From the NCBI GenBank assembly GCA_965661285.1, contig CBFIDD010000005.1:1-41475 (forward strand): a DNA stretch of 41,475 nucleotides, read 5' to 3'. Of the stretch, positions 23,571-32,500 are shown in pieces. The DNA is from Poseidonia sp. GTDB taxonomy: Archaea > Thermoplasmatota > Poseidoniia > Poseidoniales > Poseidoniaceae. The notes under the pieces were generated by a model. It made no database searches. It saw only the letters and a list, made by a program, of their open reading frames with translations, and was not told the DNA's origin. Position numbers and translations under genes: made by a program. Within the stretch, counting starts at the first letter, position 1. Each line of letters starts with the position of its first letter.

Positions 23571-24758
23571 ATGCTGGGCAATGGTACAAAGCGGATGTTC
23601 GCTTTGGTCGTTGTGCAAACCTTGTTGTTGAGTCTCCTCGCAGGCTGCATGGGGCCTCTTGATACCACCGTGGAGCCTCGAGCCACCCTCGAAGCCTACC
23701 CCACGCTGATCCAAGAGGGCGAGATGGTGACGCTGGACGCTCGCGATTCATCTCCGGTCGAGGGCGTCATCACACAGTATGCCTGGGATTTCGGTGATGG
23801 CACCACAGCGGAGACCATCGTCGGGTTCACTTCACACACCTACTTGACGTTCGGCCAATACACGGTTCGATTGACGGTCACCAACGACCAAGGTGGAACC
23901 GATGACGCCATCGCGACCGTCATCGTGAACGGTGCACCCAGCGTTAACATCACGATGCCAGCGACGGTGCGTGCCGGCGATGCTGCGTTGTTGGATGCGA
24001 GCAATTCGTATGACCCGGAAGGCGCCAGCCTCACGTACAGCTGGGACTTGAATGCCGCTGAAGACAGCGACGGCGATGGCGATGCTCGCAACGACGCCGA
24101 CGCCACCACACCCACCGTGCTGCTCGACACGTCCTCGTCGGGCATTATCAACGGTGTTTTGCGCGTTGACGACGCCGCGGGCGCGTTTGCCATCGAACCC
24201 TTCCAAGTCAACGTGACCACACGGACCTTCCAAGTCACATGGATCACCGAGAGTTACGAAATGTCCTGGGACGAATACCTCGACCAGGGTGAGACGTGGT
24301 CGGGCAACATGACGCCCGGCGAGATTGGACGCGTCATGTCCTTCAACGCCATCTTGGACCTCGACCAAGACGTTGCTCCACCCCATGACAACTTCACGTT
24401 GGCCCTCCACATCGTTGAGGACGGCTACAAACGAAGCGTCGCCACAGAACCGGGTAATTATTCGACCAACGAACCGGCACGCGCAGAGATGGCCGACGAC
24501 GAGATGAACGTCCGAGGCGAGGACGGCATGTACACCTCCGATTCTGCCGAAGCTTTGCTTCAATTGCTCCTTCGCTCCAAGGACAGCGGGCAGGGCCAAG
24601 GCCCCTGGGTTTGGTCGGTCGTCGCTCAACAATCCGACCCCGATGCGTTCATCGGTGAGATCGACCCTGACCCCGGAAACGATTGGACACTGACCGTTGA
24701 GGTCATCGTCATGCGCCCTTCGTTGACCGAGGTCGCCATCGGCTCCACGAGCGAGTGA
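23571..24758 (+). CDS. PKD-domain lipoprotein
   Basis: Lipobox LAGC, WDFGDG and YTVRLTVT PKD motifs, second PKD-like domain (LDASNSYDPEG..LTYSW). Confidence 0.88.
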   Translation: MLGNGTKRMFALVVVQTLLLSLLAGCMGPLDTTVEPRATLEAYPTLIQEGEMVTLDARDSSPVEGVITQYAWDFGDGTTAETIVGFTSHTYLTFGQYTVRLTVTNDQGGTDDAIATVIVNGAPSVNITMPATVRAGDAALLDASNSYDPEGASLTYSWDLNAAEDSDGDGDARNDADATTPTVLLDTSSSGIINGVLRVDDAAGAFAIEPFQVNVTTRTFQVTWITESYEMSWDEYLDQGETWSGNMTPGEIGRVMSFNAILDLDQDVAPPHDNFTLALHIVEDGYKRSVATEPGNYSTNEPARAEMADDEMNVRGEDGMYTSDSAEALLQLLLRSKDSGQGQGPWVWSVVAQQSDPDAFIGEIDPDPGNDWTLTVEVIVMRPSLTEVAIGSTSE

Positions 24759-24805
24759 AAGCGAAAGGGGTATGAAGCGGGGCCGTTTGGCAAGGACTGG
24801 TTACG

Positions 24806-25159
24806 ATGGTGGACACGGTAGAAATCGGACGCGTTACCCTTCGAGACACGTTGTCGCTGGACCTCTCGGTATGGATGCATCACCCTGATGATTGGGATTT
24901 TCGCCCCACGTTAAGCTACGCCGGCAACACCTTGACCATCACCTGCGCCAACAAAGGAACCACGCTGGCTACCGTTGACCTTGATGACGAACAGGACGAA
25001 GCGCTTCAGCGAGATCGCATGGCTGAGTTGCGGGTTAAATTCCAGGTTCACGGCATGCACGGGCGCCTCAACGACATCCACCCCATCATTGCAGACGGTA
25101 AAGCCAAGAAATTGGCAACGGCGAACTGGAAGACAAAGCAACCCGTTGAATTCAAGTGA
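24806..25159 (+). CDS. Hypothetical protein
   Basis: 117-aa ORF with host-like codon usage. Confidence 0.7.
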   Translation: MVDTVEIGRVTLRDTLSLDLSVWMHHPDDWDFRPTLSYAGNTLTITCANKGTTLATVDLDDEQDEALQRDRMAELRVKFQVHGMHGRLNDIHPIIADGKAKKLATANWKTKQPVEFK

Positions 25160-25205
25160 ACTCCCAGCGAATCTTTGATAATGGTTCACGCTGATTTTTC
25201 TGTTC

Positions 25206-25475
25206 ATGCCTCAACGAACAGGAAAAGGAAGTCAGAAACGAGCACGATTTGAACGCCTCGCAGAAGAAGTTCGCCGCTTTGTGTGCGCCAACCCCGGTTG
25301 CTCAGCACAAGCGATTGTCGCCAACCTCAATCACGACCGGAAACTGCGCAATCACGGCTTGACACCTCGTAAAATTGGATTTTTCATCACCCGGCATCTC
25401 CGTCAGTCCTTGACATGGTGGCAGGACCATCGAGCCGGTCGTCGCGTGTACGGACCCTCGCCAGAAGACGGGTGA
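25206..25475 (+). CDS. Small basic protein, possible winged-helix nucleic-acid binder
   Basis: 89 aa, Arg-rich, helix-NPG-helix-helix-beta hairpin pattern. Confidence 0.65.
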   Translation: MPQRTGKGSQKRARFERLAEEVRRFVCANPGCSAQAIVANLNHDRKLRNHGLTPRKIGFFITRHLRQSLTWWQDHRAGRRVYGPSPEDG

Positions 25476-25539
25476 AACACACCCTCTCTCGTTGGATGAT
25501 GCGGTTCGCTCATGTAGGGTTCATGTCCTCGGACGGGAC

Positions 25540-26205
25540 ATGGGAACCGGGGTTGCGGCCTATTTCGATCTGGACGGGACCCTTCTCAACGCCTCGAGTG
25601 AGAAAACCCTGACGGCTCACCTCGCCAAGCGCCGGCCATGGCGAATTCCTTGGGGAGCGCTGGCGTGGACGACCGGTTTCATCACCAACATGATTCGAGG
25701 TCGCGCTGTGTACGATGCAGCGAGAAACCGTGGACATCTCTCCCTTGCTTCGTGGAACGTCCTTGAGCGTTATTCTCGTCAACTCGCTACGGAGAAATTG
25801 AAAGCGCACATTCCGCTCCAGGCCTGGGAAAAATTGGCATGGCACCGTGAACAAGGCCACCGCCTTGTCCTGGTGACCGCCACGGTGGCGCCGATGGCGG
25901 AAGCCATGGCGGACGTGCTCGGGATGGATGCGGTATACGGATGTGGACCCGAGGTCCGAGAAGGCATTCTTTCCGGGTCAGAGCGTGGATGGAGCGTGCC
26001 AAGACGGAAGGGGAAAGTTCCGGTGGTGATGGAGGATGCGAAAGCGAACGGGCACGACCTTTCGTCGTGTTATGGGTACGGAAACACGCTTGCTGATTCA
26101 TGGTTCATGGCGCTTTGCGGCCATGCGATTGCCGTCAGTCCCGAGCAGCCCCTCCGTCGTCACGCTGAGGCCAATGACTGGGCAGTTGTTGACTGGCGTT
26201 CGTGA
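25540..26205 (+). CDS. HAD-superfamily hydrolase, subfamily IB (SerB-like)
   Basis: FDLDGTL, LVTAT, GK and YGNTLAD motifs. Confidence 0.9.
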   Translation: MGTGVAAYFDLDGTLLNASSEKTLTAHLAKRRPWRIPWGALAWTTGFITNMIRGRAVYDAARNRGHLSLASWNVLERYSRQLATEKLKAHIPLQAWEKLAWHREQGHRLVLVTATVAPMAEAMADVLGMDAVYGCGPEVREGILSGSERGWSVPRRKGKVPVVMEDAKANGHDLSSCYGYGNTLADSWFMALCGHAIAVSPEQPLRRHAEANDWAVVDWRS

Positions 26206-26226
26206 GTTTATATCCTGTTATGAGCC

Positions 26227-27234
26227 ATGGAAAGCATGGACGAGACATTCGATGGTTTGGGAGCATTGTTTGGGGATGACATTCGAGAAGGCACCCTCCA
26301 AGAACTTCGGCGAGAAGACCTCCTTGAAGCCATGCTGAACGTGGCCGAAGCCGCGAAGGTCGCCGCACAACTGGTGAACGACGTGGTGAAGGATAACGAA
26401 GACCGCATGCACCTCGACAACGAACAGCGTCTTGTTATTGCAGGCCGCTTGGCCATTTACCGCGTCAACGTCAACCACTTCATGGAAAAGTTTGCCAATC
26501 CGTTTGCCTACAATTCCTTTGACGTGGTGGAAGTCCATCCGAAAACCGGTCTTGTCAAGGAACCGAAAACGGCCTGTGTTCAAGTGCTTCACCAGGAGAA
26601 CATGCCTGCCTACGACCTCTTTGCCGGCTACCTTTTGGGCCTTCTTAACGATGAAATATCTTGGCTCCACGAGAGTTTGAGTCCACTCCGACGCACCTTA
26701 TTCGGGATTTACGGCCTTGCTCGCTCTCCGCTGACGCCGAGCCTGGTCACTCACTTTGCCAAAGCCGTTGATGGCGACTTTGATTTTGACCATGACACCT
26801 TCACCTTCAACGGTACCAACGGGTGGAAATGGCGCCTCAACTTTGGCCTCCCGCTCAACAAAGGCTACCGAATCGCGTACCAAAAGCCACGGCAAACATG
26901 GTGGAACGTTCTCTTTGAAGACCATGAAGAAGAGACCACCGGGCATTACACCCTCTGCAATTTTTTCGAACTTGTTGACCATCTCAGTGCGGCTCCTGCT
27001 GGATTGAAGAGCGCCAGTGAATGGCAAGTCGACCCCATCCTGCTGCGAAAAGTCGCTACCGACTACCCTCCGCTTGCCAAGGCACTGGTCGGGAAACTTA
27101 CGAGCAGCGATTATTGCCCCGAGGACATTTACACCGATATCGAAGAGCCCATTGGGCGAGTACATGCTGCCGTCATCAAGGACCTGGATGTGGAAGTTCT
27201 CGTGCGAGCAGGCGTTCCTATGGCTCACGCTTGA
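26227..27234 (+). CDS. Hypothetical protein
   Basis: 335-aa ORF, no recognised motif. Confidence 0.75.
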   Translation: MESMDETFDGLGALFGDDIREGTLQELRREDLLEAMLNVAEAAKVAAQLVNDVVKDNEDRMHLDNEQRLVIAGRLAIYRVNVNHFMEKFANPFAYNSFDVVEVHPKTGLVKEPKTACVQVLHQENMPAYDLFAGYLLGLLNDEISWLHESLSPLRRTLFGIYGLARSPLTPSLVTHFAKAVDGDFDFDHDTFTFNGTNGWKWRLNFGLPLNKGYRIAYQKPRQTWWNVLFEDHEEETTGHYTLCNFFELVDHLSAAPAGLKSASEWQVDPILLRKVATDYPPLAKALVGKLTSSDYCPEDIYTDIEEPIGRVHAAVIKDLDVEVLVRAGVPMAHA

Positions 27235-27243
27235 GGTCGAAAT

Positions 27244-27320
27244 TGGCGGCCCCACCGCGATTTGAACACGGGTTCGAGGCTCCGCAAGCCTCTGTGATAT
27301 CCAAGCTACACTATAGGGCC
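27244..27320 (-). tRNA. tRNA-Arg(GCG), CCA encoded
   Basis: Reverse complement GGCCCTA...GAGGC-TTGCGGA-GCCTC...CCGTG-TTCAAAT-CGCGG-TGGGGCC-G-CCA folds as a cloverleaf. Confidence 0.95.
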
Positions 27321-27342
27321 AATTTCGCCGAATGGCCACCCC

Positions 27343-27350
27343 CATTTAAG
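27343..27350 (-). promoter_or_regulatory. TATA-like box of tRNA-Arg
   Basis: CTTAAATG on the minus strand, 30-23 nt upstream of the mature 5' end. Confidence 0.55.
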
Positions 27351-27413
27351 CGCGAGGGTGAGCCTCGGCGTCGCTGCACAAGGGTTCATGGGCGAGGCGT
27401 GCTTGGAGGAAGC

Positions 27414-27839
27414 ATGGCCCTCACGGCAGTACGAACCGTGGAATTCTCCATGGTTGATCTGGCGAACATTGCCTATTATCCGCGTATCTTTGACTTAGCT
27501 CACCGATTTTTTGAATCGGTTTGGCCCGATATTTGCCAACAAACCTACCCCGCCCTCATCAACGAACGACGTCTTGGTTTTCCTGTTGTGAACGTGGAAT
27601 CTGAATTTCTTCACCCGCTCCGTTATGGCGATACCATCACCGCTCACATCACCTTTACTGCCATGGGAACCTCTTCTCTGGGCTGGCGTTATCGTTTTTT
27701 CAACCAAGCCAACAAACTGGTGTGGTACTCCACGCAAACCACGGTCTGCGTCAACATGGATACGATGGAGACCACCCCGTTGCCTGACGATATCCGAGCA
27801 GGCGTTCAGCCTCATCTTGAGCCGGAGTCATCATCATGA
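27414..27839 (+). CDS. Acyl-CoA thioesterase, 4HBT/hotdog family
   Basis: VDLANIAYYPRIF, FPVVNVESEFLHPLRYGD motifs. Confidence 0.88.
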   Translation: MALTAVRTVEFSMVDLANIAYYPRIFDLAHRFFESVWPDICQQTYPALINERRLGFPVVNVESEFLHPLRYGDTITAHITFTAMGTSSLGWRYRFFNQANKLVWYSTQTTVCVNMDTMETTPLPDDIRAGVQPHLEPESSS

Positions 27840-28411
27840 GCGCGCCTTCGGATTTCGAGGTCAAGCCCGACCGCAAAGGCCCGAAGAACATCGCGATTCT
27901 TCTGTTGCTCAGCTCGTTGGTGGTCGCGGGTATGGCGTGGCAAGACTGGCAATTGCACAACGAGGGTCTCACCGACGCTCAAATCGAGACCTTTCTCACC
28001 ACGCCTAACAGTCAACCTGGAGAAGACACCACCGTAGAGCAGTACAAGGATTTTGAATCCGAAGTTCGGGAAGCGAACGGGTATTTGATTCGTAGCGTAG
28101 CGCTGATGGTGGCCGCTGTTTGTCTCTTCATTGGCTCACCTCTCCTCTATCGCCTTCAACGGCTGGGTGCTCGTCTTTGCACAGGCGGTGCGCTGGTGGG
28201 TTTAATCGGTGGCGTGGCAGGCAGCGTCATCATCAACGATGCTGCGCAAAACCATCTCGGCGACGCGATGAAATTGACATATGAAATATGGGTTTATCTC
28301 TGCGGGGCCACCATGGGGTTGTGCCTCGCCGTCGCCGCCCTTCCTCTTCTCAACGCCAGGGCGCGTCTCGCGCTCCAACCCTCCGTGTCGCTGCTTCAAC
28401 AAGAGGCCTGA
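27836..28411 (+). CDS. Hypothetical membrane protein (about 4 TM helices)
   Basis: Hydrophobic segments; ATGA overlap with the thioesterase gene. Confidence 0.78.
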   Translation: MSAPSDFEVKPDRKGPKNIAILLLLSSLVVAGMAWQDWQLHNEGLTDAQIETFLTTPNSQPGEDTTVEQYKDFESEVREANGYLIRSVALMVAAVCLFIGSPLLYRLQRLGARLCTGGALVGLIGGVAGSVIINDAAQNHLGDAMKLTYEIWVYLCGATMGLCLAVAALPLLNARARLALQPSVSLLQQEA

Positions 28412-28413
28412 CC

Positions 28414-28860
28414 TCAATCTGACGGCTTGGGCCATTTCTTGGCAAGCGCCTTGCGCAAATCGTCGTCCATGATGGCGTTCCACCAGTCGCTGCCCTGCCA
28501 GATGGCATACTTGCCTCGAATGCCTCTTAGGTCGGCCCCTTTGAATCGGCAGTTTTTGAAATTGGAGAGGTTGAGACGGGCTTTCCGCAAATCTGCTCCA
28601 CGAAAGTCCGAATGGTCAAAGGCAGATTTCATCAAATCCGCTTCCACCATGGAGGCTCGTCGAAAATCACACGAGGTGAAATCGCCCTCGGTGAGGTCGG
28701 CTCTGTCAAAGATGGTGCGTCTGAAATTTGAGCCGCTGTGTCGTCCTTTTCGTAGGATGACCTCGGTGTGATTTTGAAAAGAGTAGTCCACAACGACCGC
28801 TTCTTCGGCCGTGGTTTCGTCGTCTCGTGGGTCGCCTTGTCCGCCTCCCGACATCACCAT
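28414..28860 (-). CDS. Pentapeptide repeat protein
   Basis: About 18 contiguous (A/S/C)-(D/N)-(L/F)-x-x units (SNFRR...ADLTE...ADLRK...ADLRG). Confidence 0.9.
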   Translation of the reverse strand: MVMSGGGQGDPRDDETTAEEAVVVDYSFQNHTEVILRKGRHSGSNFRRTIFDRADLTEGDFTSCDFRRASMVEADLMKSAFDHSDFRGADLRKARLNLSNFKNCRFKGADLRGIRGKYAIWQGSDWWNAIMDDDLRKALAKKWPKPSD

Positions 28861-28869
28861 GCGTTCACC

Positions 28870-29379
28870 TCAAGCGTTGGAGCGCTTGTCGAGGTGGGCT
28901 TGGCCTTCGGGTGTAAGGATTGCGAAACGGTTTTTGTCGTCCTTGCCAGCGGGGACGAAGAGAAAGTTACGCTCTTTCAAGCGGTTCAAGTAGAGCGAGA
29001 GGTTGCCGGGGGGTTCGATTCCAGCATCGTTGAACAGGTCGTTGACCACCCTCGGTGGGCTGTCTTCAATCCCTTCCACGTCACGCAGATAATGGATGGC
29101 CCCAAGCACCTGGTCTGGCTTCCGGGTGAGCGCGCAGTTTTCGAGGAGTGCACGGAAGGCTGACCCACGTTCTGGAAGGCCAGCATCTCGGGCTGCATTG
29201 AGGGCCGCCTCCATAGCGGCTTCTCGGGCTTCGCGAATACGTTCAAGCAGGACCGTCCATGTGTGTTCGGCTTTGATATGGCTCAGTTGTTCATCAATTT
29301 GGATGGCTGCGCCTTCCAAGTCAATCTCAACGTCACCCGCTTGAATGCTGAGTCTCAATATCCACGCCCTCGTTTTCAC
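28870..29379 (-). CDS. Hypothetical protein with a C-terminal winged-helix-like domain
   Basis: NLSLYLNRLKERNFL...AILTPEG pattern; start codon uncertain (GTG). Confidence 0.7.
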   Translation of the reverse strand: MKTRAWILRLSIQAGDVEIDLEGAAIQIDEQLSHIKAEHTWTVLLERIREAREAAMEAALNAARDAGLPERGSAFRALLENCALTRKPDQVLGAIHYLRDVEGIEDSPPRVVNDLFNDAGIEPPGNLSLYLNRLKERNFLFVPAGKDDKNRFAILTPEGQAHLDKRSNA

Positions 29380-29503
29380 AACCCATTCTATTCATTCATA
29401 ACATTATGTTGAAAAAAAAAATACATATTTGTGCAGATTTCTAGGTTCGTTCGGGCGAAACCGACTTAACCGTGCGAAGGCTGAGCGTAGATGGGGAGTC
29501 GCC

Positions 29504-32500
29504 GTGTCTCGTCGTAACATCATTGTCTCATTTCTGATTTTTTTTCTCATCGCACCAGCGTGGTCCGTCATGTTCGCCCATGCCCAGGGCGGTGAAATTG
29601 ACACCTTTACAACGGGAAACCAGATCGAAACCATCACGATTTCTTCGGGACAAGCCACCTCAATCGGGTTTGAATTGGAGCGAAACACAACCATCACCAC
29701 GGCCTACTTCTTTGTACAACCCACCGAGGGAGGAGATTCTCCTGGTTCGGTTGAGATTCATCTTAACAATGACAGCTCTCCCGAGTGGGCTTTCAACAAT
29801 ACCGGATACGGTGATTTCGGCCACCAGACGGTTTTTGTTTCAGGGAACACGTCAGAAACCCTCTCGTACGACAGGGATTACCTAAACCCGCAGGATGTTG
29901 ACTCTCCTCCGTTTTATTTACCGGTGAACGCCGTTCTCTCAAGCGCCAATCTCGACGTCGGCTTCGTACCGAACTTGACCGGTGGATTCTTCCAAACCGG
30001 CTACATTCACGATGTCGCCAAAGGCGATCTCAACAACGATAGCCACGTTGATTTTGCGCTGCTCTCAAGAAACGCAAATGCATCTGCCACCAATGGAAGC
30101 GGACAAAGCAACAACACAACCACGGCCTTCAGAACCGTTTCTTATTCCAACACCACGGGCATCACCTTCTCACCATGGCACCAAACCTGCACAAATGCTA
30201 CGCGAATCATGGTAGCGGATGTCAACTGGGACGACCATGACGATGTGATCGGCTACGCCCCATCGGATAACGAACTTTGTCTGCACTTCACCAATGCCAC
30301 GACCGGCGCATTTCAAACACAGCTCAACATCACCCACTCCGGCGCCATCCTCGATCTCGATATCGGCGACCTCACCGGAAATGGACAAGCCGAACTGGTT
30401 TCCATTCGTAACGGAGGTGAGGTTCATGTTGAACGGTTCAACGGGAGGACCAACTCATTTTGGAGAGAGGGAAGCGCTATTGTCTACGAAGATATCTCTC
30501 AGACGACAAAAGCCTCGCTCTCCCACATGCTCTTCGCCCCTTCAACAGGCGCCGGGGTTCCTGCGTTATTGATTGTTGCCCAGGCCGATGGCGACGCGAA
30601 TGAGGTTCGTTGGACGTCAAACGGGATGGTGGTCGAACCGGATACGATTGAGGGCGTTGCGGATGGTTCGATCATCGGTGATTTTGATGGCGATGGGGAC
30701 CTCGATATCGTTGCTCCTCGGGGCCCTCAACATCGGACGATTGAGAACCGGCCGAATATGGGGGGCTGGTCTGGCGTCAACCGCAATGGCTTCATCGACC
30801 TCCTCAATGCATCGGTTTTTGATGTCAAGCAAAACGCAACCAGCCACTTGCTGGTACCACACCCGGGGTCGCCTGATGGGAACCCTGCGACCGTGACTGG
30901 GAACGTTTCAGTCCATGATTTCTGGCCGAACAAGGCTGTGAAATCCAACGCCTCTATGGCGTTGTATCCGTACACATCACCACGAGACCTTCACTACGGT
31001 GATATGGACGGCGACGGCTTGATAGAACAGCTCGTACTTGTGGGTGAAGGAAATCAAAACGGTGTGTTCATCTCCGCCTACCACACGGTTGGTTACGATA
31101 TTGACGAAGATGAGGTTGTGGATTATGCAGCCGAAGGCTATGCGGGGAACGGTTCAAACGGTCTGAATCCATTGATGATTGTTGACACCATGGGGAATCT
31201 CTCTGATAATTTACAAGATTTAACGGCCTCTCCAACCTTGCCTTACATACTTGATGGGTATGGCAATCAGATGGGGCGACTCAACCTTTCAATGGACAGC
31301 AAAACCTACGGCGAGTTTCGATTCTCAAATTTGGAGGTTCAATACACCTCAAACTTCCTGGTCAATGTCAACCCGGGCGTAGGAGGCAATTTGAGCAATG
31401 CGCTCAATCAACAGATGACGCTCGGCACGGGTTCGTTCAACGTTCCCATCCAGTTCGCGACATCGCAAAACGGGACGTTCAACATCCTCAATCCAAGCAT
31501 TCGCTACGTCGATGGGGCACCCAACATTCCACTTCCCACAACCCCAACGCTACACCTTATCGAGGCCCTCCCGAGTCGAATCGTGATCGGATGGCAACCG
31601 GTTGAGGATTTTGGCGATGATTTGCTTAATTTCTCGGTTTACAGGTCGCCCGCAGGCCAGGATGTTGATTTGGAGAACCCGTACAACACGTCGGATGCCA
31701 ACGATACGGCTGACTTTGCCGTACAGCCGGGTGAATCGTGGACCTATTGGGTGAGGAGTTTGCACAACTACGGTGTTGCCAGCGGCCTTTCTGCGCCGCT
31801 TACCGTGTCGGTCCCCTATCCTCCTCCACAATCCTACATACCCAACCTAACAGCGGCCGACGTACCGGATGATGATGGCGGTGTGCTGAATGTGTCATGG
31901 AGTTCGGGGCATGCTTCGGTCATGGAACATCATATTTTCTTGCTGCCTTACGATTTCAATGATGTCAGCGACCAAACCAATGTCCAACCTTTGACGGCGG
32001 GTCAAAACGCAACATCACTTGAAACCTCAATCGACAGCACGGGGACACCTCTCATCGACGGCACGCCCTACTACGTTGCCGCCATCGGTGTAGACGTGTA
32101 CGGAAACGCTTCGATGAACGTGACCACTTTCGGTCCTGTTTATACCCGAAACGACACGGGGCTTCCAACGACGTTGGACGTGTCCTACACCGACTTTTCA
32201 CAAAACGAATTGGAGGGTGTGGTTCTTCTCGCACGAACCGAAGGTCTTGATGTTGAGGTCCTTCTTCATCAAGCAGGCACGCCGATCGCCAACGCTTCAC
32301 TGACCCTCGAGATCCGCGACGATGCAGATTCGTTCACCGTGGACATGGCCACCAACGAGACCGGCCATGCAGCTTTGAGCCTAGATGCGCTGTCGAGCCT
32401 CGGCCCGATAGAGGCGGTGGGGGCCATGTCCTTGGTCGTAAGTTATGCAGGTGATGCAGGTGATGAGCAGCAGCAACCCTTGCTCTCAACCAGCACCACG

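Noticed and set aside
27021-27413. N-terminal extension of the thioesterase ORF
   Set aside because: Overlaps the 335-aa gene and tRNA-Arg; the hotdog domain starts at 27414
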